Made by a program: the position numbers and the translations under genes
Shown here: positions 8,776 to 16,335 of the stretch, piece by piece
Layout of the letters: each line of letters begins with the position of its first letter
How positions within the stretch are numbered: position 1 is the stretch's first letter
Assembly (NCBI RefSeq): GCF_038871235.1
Contig: NZ_JAVZIN010000012.1
Location: 1 to 36,957, forward strand
Origin: Candidatus Hadarchaeum sp.
Lineage (GTDB): Archaea > Hadarchaeota > Hadarchaeia > Hadarchaeales > Hadarchaeaceae
Length of the DNA: 36,957 nucleotides
Reading direction: 5' to 3'
The notes under the pieces: model-generated
Seen by the model: only the letters and a program-made list of their open reading frames with translations
Told to the model about the DNA's origin: nothing
Databases searched by the model: none

Positions 8776-10080
8776 ATGGAAAATAAATTTAGAATAGAAA
8801 AGATTGTGGCTAGAGAAATTTTAGACTGCCGAGGTGACCCGACCGTTGAAGTGGACATCCTGACCAAAGGAGGTTCACTAGGAAGGGCTGACGTCCCTGT
8901 AGGAAGATCCACCGGAAAATATGAAGCATTCGAGCTCAGGGACGGAGGGAAAAGATATCGCGGAAGGGGGGTCTTAAAAGCTATAAAAAACATCAATGCG
9001 GTCATTGGCCCAAAGTTGATTGGAATGGATGTTACCAGGCAAAGGGAAATAGATGAACTATTGCTCAAACTTGATGGCACCAAGGACAAATCGAGACTGG
9101 GAGCCAACGCGATAGTGGGTGTCTCCTTAGCCGCTGCGAAGGCTGCCGCGCAAAGCCTAGGAATGCCCTTATATCAATACATTGGAGGACCAAACGCCCG
9201 GATCCTACCGGTCCCTTTCCTGAACCTCATAAACGGGGGCAAACTCGCTGCAACCGAACTCGATTTCCAAGAACACATCGTAGTGCCAACGGGTGCCAAG
9301 ACTTTTTCGGAGGCGATCAGGATGGGCACCGAGGTTTATCACGAACTCGGGAGGATATTGGAGAAGAAGTGGGGAAGGCACTCATTGAATGTCGCCGACG
9401 AAGGCGGTTATACCCCTCCAGGCATGAACGACGTCAGGCAGGCTTTCGATGAGGAATTAAGGGCAATAGAAGAACTCGGCTACACGGATAAGTTTGCGCT
9501 CGCCTTAGATGTCGCCGCAAGTCACCTCTATGACAGGAAGGGGGGAGTTTACTTGATAAAGGGGAAAAAGATGACTAGGGAGGATTTAATTGATTTTTAC
9601 AAGGAACTGGTAAAAACATACCCTGTTGCGTCCATCGAGGATCCCTTGGAGCAAAACGACTTTGATGGCTTTGCGGAACTGACCAAGGAGCTGGGAATTC
9701 AAATAGTAGGAGATGATCTCTTTGTGACCAACGCGGAGCGACTGGGGAAGGGGATAGAATGCGGGGCCGCAAATGCTCTACTCTGGAAGGTAAACCAAGT
9801 AGGAACGCTAACTGAGGCTTTGGATGTGGCTAAGCTTGCCTTTGATAATGGCTACGGTGTCCAAGTCTCCGAGCGATCCGGGCAGACCGAGGACACGTGG
9901 CTGGCGGATATGGCGGTCGCTTTGAACTGCGGGCAGATAAAAACCGGCGCTCCGTGCAGAAGCGAGAGAACTGCCCAATATAACCAGCTGCTTAGAATAG
10001 AGGAGGAACTTGGCGCATCCGCAAAATACGCGGGTAAGAACTTCAGACGCGCGCGATTAAAAATTAAACAACAACAATAA
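8776..10080 (+). CDS. Enolase-family protein (divergent paralog)
   Basis: AREILDCRGDPTVEV, STGKYEAFELRD, DEGG, LDVAAS, IEDP, VGDDLFVTN, KVNQVGT, QIKTGAPCRSER; two conserved His positions substituted (see findings). Confidence 0.92.
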   Translation: MENKFRIEKIVAREILDCRGDPTVEVDILTKGGSLGRADVPVGRSTGKYEAFELRDGGKRYRGRGVLKAIKNINAVIGPKLIGMDVTRQREIDELLLKLDGTKDKSRLGANAIVGVSLAAAKAAAQSLGMPLYQYIGGPNARILPVPFLNLINGGKLAATELDFQEHIVVPTGAKTFSEAIRMGTEVYHELGRILEKKWGRHSLNVADEGGYTPPGMNDVRQAFDEELRAIEELGYTDKFALALDVAASHLYDRKGGVYLIKGKKMTREDLIDFYKELVKTYPVASIEDPLEQNDFDGFAELTKELGIQIVGDDLFVTNAERLGKGIECGAANALLWKVNQVGTLTEALDVAKLAFDNGYGVQVSERSGQTEDTWLADMAVALNCGQIKTGAPCRSERTAQYNQLLRIEEELGASAKYAGKNFRRARLKIKQQQ

Positions 10081-11431
10081 CGATGAGGTCCATCACGTTC
10101 GTCCCGGTAGGCCCAGTTATAATAGCATCTTTTAATCTTTTCATCAGCTTGCCCGTGTTGTGCCTCCTTATCTCCACCGACACGTCCATGCCCAGCTCCC
10201 TTGCTCTCTCGACGGAATATCCGTCCGCCATGCCTCCGGCAACTTCTGTTAGTCCGTCCGTTCCATCCGTATTTACCGCTGCGATTGCTATTCTCCTGTT
10301 CCCAGCTATTTTTGTGGAAAAAGCGGCGGCTAATTCTTGATTTCGCCCGCCCTCGCCTGCCTTGCCCTCGATAGTAACGGTCGTCTCCCCGCCAGCTATA
10401 AGGACACATGGAGGATTAAGGGGCCTTCCATACTTCTCCACCTCTTTTGCTATGCCTGCCAAGACGAAACCGACATCCTTGCTCTCTCCTTCCAAGACCG
10501 TGGAGAGAATCTGGGAATTTAATCCTATTTCCTCCGCCCTTTCCTTAGCGGCTTCGCATGCAGTTTTGATATCCGCCAATAGAAAATTATGAAATTTAAC
10601 CTCCTTGAAGCTCTCAGGCTTGGGTGTTTCCATCTTAAGATCCGACCTTTTAAGGTGGTCCCTTACCGAGGTAGGGACCTTATCCCACAATCCATACTTT
10701 CTCAAAACGTGGATGGCATCGTCAAATGTAGATGTATCCGGCACCGTCGGGCCCCACGGCAAACCAGCTACCTCATCCACCACGATTAAGTTTATGATCT
10801 CGGCCGGATGAGCTCGCAAAGCAAGCCTTCCTCCCTTTATTGCAGAAATGTGGTTCCGGACGGCATTTATTTCATCTATCGTGGCCCCGCTCCTGAGAAG
10901 CAATTCCGTGGTTCTCGCTTTGTCCTCCAAACTTACGCCCTCAACTGGCAAGGGCATCAAAGCAGAGCAACCCCCAGCCACACAGAAGAAAACCAGATCG
11001 TTTTTCTCCCTGCTCTTTAAAGCGTCCCAAATCTCCTTTGCGCCTTTCCAACCCGCCCGATCGGGTACAGGGTGTCTGGATCTTAGGACTCTGATTCTGC
11101 CTAACCTGCTTTCTCTCTCATTTTTTATCCTTTTTTCTATTATGATTCCCTCTTTGATCCTCATCCCAAGCACATCATTTAATGCCTTGGCTATGTGCAG
11201 AGTCCCCTTTCCGGCACCCATCACAAAGATATCTCCAACTTTTGAAAGATCGTAACTCAAATCGCCCACGAATAGCTTCCCACCGTGGACACGAACCAGC
11301 TTTTTCACTATATTATAGCTATCCAATTTTTTCAGGGCATGCTCGACTATGTCTAGGGCTATTTTCCTACCTTTTTTGTTTCCATGGGAAAGTAACTGTT
11401 TTCTATTTTTTACCAGCATGGCACCAATCAT
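10064..11431 (-). CDS. Glycerate 2-kinase (GckA/TtuD, MOFRL domain) family protein, divergent
   Basis: GAGKG, HPVPD, GGCSAL, SGATIDEINAVRNHISAIKGGRLA, GGETTV, GGRNQE, TDGTDG, TGPTGTNVMD. Overlaps the enolase 3' end by 17 bp. Confidence 0.9.
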   Translation of the reverse strand: MIGAMLVKNRKQLLSHGNKKGRKIALDIVEHALKKLDSYNIVKKLVRVHGGKLFVGDLSYDLSKVGDIFVMGAGKGTLHIAKALNDVLGMRIKEGIIIEKRIKNERESRLGRIRVLRSRHPVPDRAGWKGAKEIWDALKSREKNDLVFFCVAGGCSALMPLPVEGVSLEDKARTTELLLRSGATIDEINAVRNHISAIKGGRLALRAHPAEIINLIVVDEVAGLPWGPTVPDTSTFDDAIHVLRKYGLWDKVPTSVRDHLKRSDLKMETPKPESFKEVKFHNFLLADIKTACEAAKERAEEIGLNSQILSTVLEGESKDVGFVLAGIAKEVEKYGRPLNPPCVLIAGGETTVTIEGKAGEGGRNQELAAAFSTKIAGNRRIAIAAVNTDGTDGLTEVAGGMADGYSVERARELGMDVSVEIRRHNTGKLMKRLKDAIITGPTGTNVMDLIVIVVV

Positions 11432-11567
11432 CTGTTAATCCCAGGATTATTTACGATTACTGAGGTTCAGCCTTTTCAAATTGAGTTTGAGAAAAATTAA
11501 CAATTTACAGCCATGCTAAAATCAACAATTAAAAATAGAGAAACATTAGTTAAACAGGAGGTTCACA

Positions 11568-12959
11568 TTGGATTTGGTTATTAAAAATTGTAAAATAGCT
11601 TCTTCCCGGGGTTTGTGGGAATGCGGGCTTGGCATAGACGATGGTAAGATAGTATCAATTTCCAAGGACCACCTCCTGCCCGCCGCCGATAGGGTAATAA
11701 ATTGCAATGGAAGGATAATCCTCCCTGGTGGAATCGATTTTCACGTGCATTTCCAAGACCCGGGATACACGTACAGAGAGGACTGGAAAACAGGGACGGG
11801 ATCAGCGGCCGCTGGTGGTACGACATTGGTCGTCGACCACGGCAACACCAATCCACCATCGACCACTCCGAAAAATTTAATGCGGATAATTAAAACCGCT
11901 GAAAGAAAGGCGATCGTCGACTTTGGTATCAATGGCGCTGTCACGTCAAAGAACTTAAACCATCTGCCAAAACTAGCCGCCAAGGGTGTAATGGCATTTG
12001 GCGAAATTTATATGGCCGAGTCTGTTCCTGAGCTTGAGAGGGTTGAAGACGGTATCCTGCTCGAAGCCTTTAAAATAATTGGCAAAATGGGATGCATCGC
12101 CGGCGTACATGCGGAAAACTGGGAAATTGTTTCCCACTTTACACAAAAACTCAAGCAAGCCAAAAGAAAAGATCCCCTCGCCCACTGTGAATCTAGGCCG
12201 GATATTGCAGAGGCAGAGGCCATATCTAGAGCGCTACTCTTTGGACGAGAGACTGGCGTTCGCCTCCATATTTTCCACCTAAGCACCGGACTCGGGACTA
12301 ATATTTTGCGGCAAGCGAGGTCCCTCGGGCAGGATGTAAGCGCCGAAGTTCTTCCTCAGCATCTCCTTTTCAGACAAGCAGATATGAAGAAACTAGGACC
12401 TTACCTGAAATGCAACCCGCCCATAAGAAGCGAAGCAAATAGAGTTGCTCTGTGGGAAGGATTGAAAACTGGTGTGATAGAGATGGTTTCGAGTGACCAT
12501 TGGCCAATGCCACTCTCCGAGGTTGAAGCCGGGTGGGAGGATATTTGGAAAGCAGGTTCAGGAATAGCTGGTGTCGAGACAAGATTACCGCTCCTACTGA
12601 CCTACGGGGTGAAAAAAAATTTAATTTCAATGGAAAAATTTGTCAGGATAACTTCCGAGAACCCGGCCCGCAAGCTGGGCCTTTACCCAAGGAAGGGATC
12701 AATAAGTATAGGAGCAGATGCTGATTTGACTATTGTCGACATGAAGAAAAAAGTTAAAATAAAGATAGATAACTTGCGCACGAAGGCGGGTTACACGCCC
12801 TTCGAAAATTGGACTGTTGTCGGTATACCATGGTTAACGTTGGTGCGTGGTGAAATCGTGTTTGAGGAAGGGGAAATCGTGGCTAAACCGGGGCATGGTA
12901 GGTACATTCAACGTGACTACGGAAAGAAGGAGGAACATGGTGCCAGCAAAAAAATCTGA
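11568..12959 (+). CDS. Cyclic amidohydrolase (dihydroorotase/allantoinase/dihydropyrimidinase superfamily)
   Basis: LPGGIDFHVH, AAAGGTT, VHAEN, HIFHLST, KCNPPIR, SSDH, NPARKLGLYPRKG, GADAD; TTG start after GGAGG. Confidence 0.9.
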   Translation: MDLVIKNCKIASSRGLWECGLGIDDGKIVSISKDHLLPAADRVINCNGRIILPGGIDFHVHFQDPGYTYREDWKTGTGSAAAGGTTLVVDHGNTNPPSTTPKNLMRIIKTAERKAIVDFGINGAVTSKNLNHLPKLAAKGVMAFGEIYMAESVPELERVEDGILLEAFKIIGKMGCIAGVHAENWEIVSHFTQKLKQAKRKDPLAHCESRPDIAEAEAISRALLFGRETGVRLHIFHLSTGLGTNILRQARSLGQDVSAEVLPQHLLFRQADMKKLGPYLKCNPPIRSEANRVALWEGLKTGVIEMVSSDHWPMPLSEVEAGWEDIWKAGSGIAGVETRLPLLLTYGVKKNLISMEKFVRITSENPARKLGLYPRKGSISIGADADLTIVDMKKKVKIKIDNLRTKAGYTPFENWTVVGIPWLTLVRGEIVFEEGEIVAKPGHGRYIQRDYGKKEEHGASKKI

Positions 12960-13647
12960 GTTCGAAAAACTGCTCAGACTCATGAGCCGACAGGGTACCA
13001 TCCGTCACTTTAAACCAGATCCAGTTCCGGACAAACTCATAGAGAAAATACTTGAGGCCGCTAGGTGGGCCCCCTCAGGCGCCAACACACAGCCATGGGA
13101 CTTCATCGTGGTGAAGGACCCGAGAGCAAGGGAGAAAATCGCTCAAATTTTCGTTGAGACCTACGAGCGGGCTAAAAAATTGGACAGGAGATTCCCCTTC
13201 TACAGCGGTGAGGTGTTACGGAAGAGGCTCACCGAACCACCCATTCTCATCGTGGTTTGTGCCGACACGCGATTCACGAGTGCTTATCCCAATACCATCT
13301 ATAGGGAAGAGATTCTAGATGTCAGCATGGGGGCGGCCATTCAAAACATGACCTTGGCGGCAAGTGCTCTCGGGTTGGGGCTTGGCTGGGGTACCGCAAA
13401 CTTCCCCTTGACCAGAAAGAGGCTCAGGCAACTGTTAGGAGTCCCATCGTACATCAAGATAATGGAGGTTCTTCAGCTCGGCTTCCCAGTCAAGCGGGTC
13501 CCGCCGCGTTTCAGACGACCCATAAGTGAATTCACGCACCACAATAGGTTCGATGTCTCAAAGATCAGGAGCGAGGAGGAGATCGAAAACTTGCTGAGGA
13601 CAAGGAAAGTCCCTGACATCTATTCAGGCACTAAATTGCCGAAGTGA
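12937..13647 (+). CDS. Nitroreductase family flavoprotein
   Basis: IRHFKPDPV, ARWAPSGANTQPWDFIVV, AIQNMTLAASALGLG; true start ATG 12937 after GGAGG (ORF track extends to 12847). Confidence 0.9.
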   Translation: MVPAKKSEFEKLLRLMSRQGTIRHFKPDPVPDKLIEKILEAARWAPSGANTQPWDFIVVKDPRAREKIAQIFVETYERAKKLDRRFPFYSGEVLRKRLTEPPILIVVCADTRFTSAYPNTIYREEILDVSMGAAIQNMTLAASALGLGLGWGTANFPLTRKRLRQLLGVPSYIKIMEVLQLGFPVKRVPPRFRRPISEFTHHNRFDVSKIRSEEEIENLLRTRKVPDIYSGTKLPK

Positions 13648-13651
13648 TAAG

Positions 13652-14872
13652 ATGAGGGACCCAATTAATGTAAAAAAAGTTGATCTCTCGGTGAAATTTT
13701 GTGGGCTTGAATTTGAAAACCCGTTTATCCTCTCATCGGGGCCGCCAACGAGTAATGCTGAGAAAATAGGGCGAGCCTTTGAAGCTGGCTGGGCCGGCGC
13801 CGTCACGAAAGTTTTGGGTTCAAAACCGCGGCCGGACCCCCATCCACGGATAGCAGGCCTACATTACGGGGGGAAGTTAATTGCGATTGAAAATATAGAA
13901 TCGGTAATTTATCCCTTAAAGGAATGGTTACCCAAGATCACTGAACTCAAGAAAAAATATCCGGAAAAGATCTTGATACCAAACCTCATGGGTGGAGCAG
14001 ACCCGGAGATCTGGCAAGGAATGATCAAAGACGTCCAAGAAGCAGGAGCGGATATGATCGAGCTCAACTTATCCTGCCCGCTGACGGATGAAGTCTGGGC
14101 TGTTGGAGCAATATTGGGCCAGAACCCCGACCTAACGCGCGAGGCCACGAGGTTGGCCAAGGAGGTCGCGACCGTTCCGATAATGGTAAAGCTCACTCCA
14201 AATGTGACAGATATAACTTTAATAGCAAAAGCGGCAGAGCGTGGAGGAGCTGACGCCATCTCAGCTATTAACACCGTTCAGGGGCTCATAGGAATAGACC
14301 TTGAAAACATGGAGCCACTACCTTCCGTGAGAGGGATATCCTCGTTCGGCGGAATCTCAGGACCAGCAATCAAGCCCATCTCCCTCAGATGCGTGGCGCA
14401 AATAGCAAAGACAACAAAGCTACCTATTTCAGGGATCGGCGGCATCTCTAAATGGGAAGATGCGGTTGAGTTTTTCATGGTGGGCGCCTCCACCGTTCAG
14501 CTCTGTACCTCTGTGATGCTGCGTGGAAATAGGATGATAAACGAGCTCAAAGATGGTGTTTCCTCCTATCTTTATAAAAAGGGATTCGGATCCGTAAAGG
14601 AAATCGTGGGGTGCATCCTGTCCAAGCTAAAGAGCCAAGAAAATCTGGACTATTCTTATTGGGTGCTTCCAGCAGTTGATGCAGCCAGATGTACCAAATG
14701 TGAATTGTGCCGGGTTGCATGCCAAGACGCGGGTTATGCCGCCATTAAAATCGAGGGTGATCTGCCTAAGATTGATGAAGAAAAATGCAATGCCTGCGGC
14801 CTCTGTATCCAAGTTTGCCCACATGGAGCTTTACTCTTAAAACCGAGTTTGTCGAATAAATCCAACAAATAA
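13652..14872 (+). CDS. preA: Dihydropyrimidine dehydrogenase PreA-like subunit (FMN barrel + 2x[4Fe-4S]); C-terminus altered by IS insertion
   Basis: NPFILSSGPPT, GWAGAVTK, NIE, ELNLSCP (catalytic Cys), KLTPNVTDI, AINT, GGISGPAIKP, CxxCxxCxxxC twice. Confidence 0.85.
   Translation: MRDPINVKKVDLSVKFCGLEFENPFILSSGPPTSNAEKIGRAFEAGWAGAVTKVLGSKPRPDPHPRIAGLHYGGKLIAIENIESVIYPLKEWLPKITELKKKYPEKILIPNLMGGADPEIWQGMIKDVQEAGADMIELNLSCPLTDEVWAVGAILGQNPDLTREATRLAKEVATVPIMVKLTPNVTDITLIAKAAERGGADAISAINTVQGLIGIDLENMEPLPSVRGISSFGGISGPAIKPISLRCVAQIAKTTKLPISGIGGISKWEDAVEFFMVGASTVQLCTSVMLRGNRMINELKDGVSSYLYKKGFGSVKEIVGCILSKLKSQENLDYSYWVLPAVDAARCTKCELCRVACQDAGYAAIKIEGDLPKIDEEKCNACGLCIQVCPHGALLLKPSLSNKSNK
14836..14844 (+). 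repeat. Target site duplication, left copy (CTTAAAACC)
   Basis: Identical to 15878-15886 and directly abutting the IR. Confidence 0.95.
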
Positions 14873-15772
14873 AAAATAACCCATCTCCTTCATCGCTCGG
14901 ACGCGCACCAGAGTGCGCAGGTTGTGCGCCACGGCCATAAGCAGAACGCTGACTGCCCTCGTGGCCGGCAACTTGCACCTGATCATGGCACCGTACCGGT
15001 TCGCTATGCCGCCGAAGACAGCCTCGGCGATGCCCCGCTGGCGGTACAGCTTGAGGTTGCGCCTGAACTCCTTGAACTTCTTTTGGTTGACCCAACGGTC
15101 CATCCCTATGGCGCGGGGTTTGATCACCGGCTTGAAGCCATGGTGAGCCGCAATCTCGACGTTGCGCCTCGAGTCGTATCCTCTGTCCGCGAGCAATGGC
15201 TCGCCTCCACCTTTGAAGCCATCAAGCAAACGGCCGAGCTGTGCGCAGTCGGCGACGTTGCCTGCTGTCACCTTCGCCGACACAATCGCTAATGCACCCG
15301 CCTGCGGGGAATATCCCACCAGCGCATGCAGCTTCAGGAATGCGCGGCTCCAAGACTTTTTGAGCACCCTTTTGCGCCTCGACAGGCACGTCGTCGAGAT
15401 GCCGGTCGAGTCTATCATGTAGATACCGCACCTCGCCAGCCTGTTTATCTCCCTGAAGAGCAACAGAAGAAGCAGCTTCAGGTAGGGCGCTCGCAGGCGC
15501 TTCAGCGCCCAGCCGACCGTGGAGTGATCGATGGTCTTAGACGTGATGAGGGGCATCTGCCCCTCGACATCGCGGTAAGTGTAGTCAAAATATCGAGCCG
15601 TGGCACAGATCGCGGCGTGCCGCCGCGCCGAAAACTTGGGTCGACGGCCCCGCTTGGAGCGCTCCCAAGGAGGCGGCAGCCTCCTCACGAGCTTATCGGC
15701 AAGGCTAAATATTCTCTCGACTGAATCGAGTTTGGAGCTGTGTCGAGCAGCCCAATATCCGGGGCAAACCAT
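14837..15772 (-). CDS. DDE transposase (IS5/IS4-like)
   Basis: IDSTG, KLH, LADRGYDS, YRQRGIAEAVF (YREK-like) motifs; AGGAGGT RBS 8 nt upstream of ATG. Confidence 0.92.
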   Translation of the reverse strand: MVCPGYWAARHSSKLDSVERIFSLADKLVRRLPPPWERSKRGRRPKFSARRHAAICATARYFDYTYRDVEGQMPLITSKTIDHSTVGWALKRLRAPYLKLLLLLLFREINRLARCGIYMIDSTGISTTCLSRRKRVLKKSWSRAFLKLHALVGYSPQAGALAIVSAKVTAGNVADCAQLGRLLDGFKGGGEPLLADRGYDSRRNVEIAAHHGFKPVIKPRAIGMDRWVNQKKFKEFRRNLKLYRQRGIAEAVFGGIANRYGAMIRCKLPATRAVSVLLMAVAHNLRTLVRVRAMKEMGYFLFVGFIRQTRF

Positions 15773-15877
15773 ATGGATGTACCTCCTATTGGTTCACCCT
15801 AAGCTACTCGGCGCAGCCTCCGCAACAATAGGAGTATTGCCGTCGGCAATTAAAAATTAGAATTATTCGACAAACTC
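14845..15877 (-). mobile_element. Complete insertion sequence, IS5-like (DDE_Tnp_1), 1033 bp
   Basis: Perfect 15-bp terminal IRs GAGTTTGTCGAATAA (14845-14859) / TTATTCGACAAACTC (15863-15877); 9-bp direct repeat CTTAAAACC at 14836-14844 and 15878-15886; visibly more GC-rich than the flanks. Confidence 0.95.
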
Positions 15878-15886
15878 CTTAAAACC
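15878..15886 (+). repeat. Target site duplication, right copy (CTTAAAACC)
   Basis: Identical to 14836-14844 and directly abutting the IR. Confidence 0.95.
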
Positions 15887-16039
15887 AAAAAATTATTGAG
15901 CCGCCAAGAAGTTTAACTTCAGCGGACTTCTTGCCAAAAGATTTAAAAATTTTTCTGACTGTGATAGTTTGCCAAGCTCTGAAAAGAACTGCTATCGTGA
16001 CAAAATAAAAATAACTACCCAATCGACCAAGCAAAGATT

Positions 16040-16072
16040 TTCGGTGCCCGCAGTTGTTAAAGCGGCACCGAA
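16040..16072. other. GC-rich stem-loop in AT-rich intergenic DNA
   Basis: TTCGGTGCC(C)GC-AGTTGTTAAA-GCGGCACCGAA; 11-bp stem with one bulge. Function unknown. Confidence 0.55.
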
Positions 16073-16100
16073 GAAGAAAACCTTTAATTTTTCAATCATC

Positions 16101-16108
16101 TTTAAATT
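16101..16108 (+). promoter_or_regulatory. Probable TATA box of the tRNA gene
   Basis: TTTAAATT about 20-28 nt upstream of the mature tRNA 5' end. Confidence 0.5.
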
Positions 16109-16128
16109 TAGACGCAAATACTGATGTT

Positions 16129-16240
16129 GGGCCCGTGGCTCAGTCTGGCAGTCGGTTTTCCGGCCAAAAGCAATCGGCTCTTAACAGTCGATTGGGAGCT
16201 AACCGATCGGTCGAGGGTTCGAATCCCTCCGGGCCCGCCA
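16129..16240 (+). tRNA. tRNA-Lys(CTT) with two introns (22/23 D-arm, 16152-16168; 37/38, 16184-16201), CCA encoded
   Basis: Acceptor GGGCCCG/CGGGCCC + G-CCA; D-stem GCTC/GAGC after removing 17 nt; anticodon stem ATCGG/CCGAT with CT-CTT-AA loop after removing 18 nt; T-arm GAGGG-TTCGAAT-CCCTC. Confidence 0.92.
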
Positions 16241-16335
16241 TAAATTCAAATTGCCGAGGTTATTTCCGGACAACAAGCTATCCTGCGATCGATTAATTTT
16301 ACGGGTTTCTTTCAACCGATTCAAGCAACAGCGCC

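Noticed and set aside
364-16240. Catabolic cluster as a tRNA-integrated island
   Set aside because: No integrase or duplicated tRNA fragment in the window, and the cluster lies on the tRNA 5' side; the left boundary is not visible.
16054-16296. 80-aa ORF across the tRNA
   Set aside because: Fully overlaps a well-formed tRNA gene; spurious.
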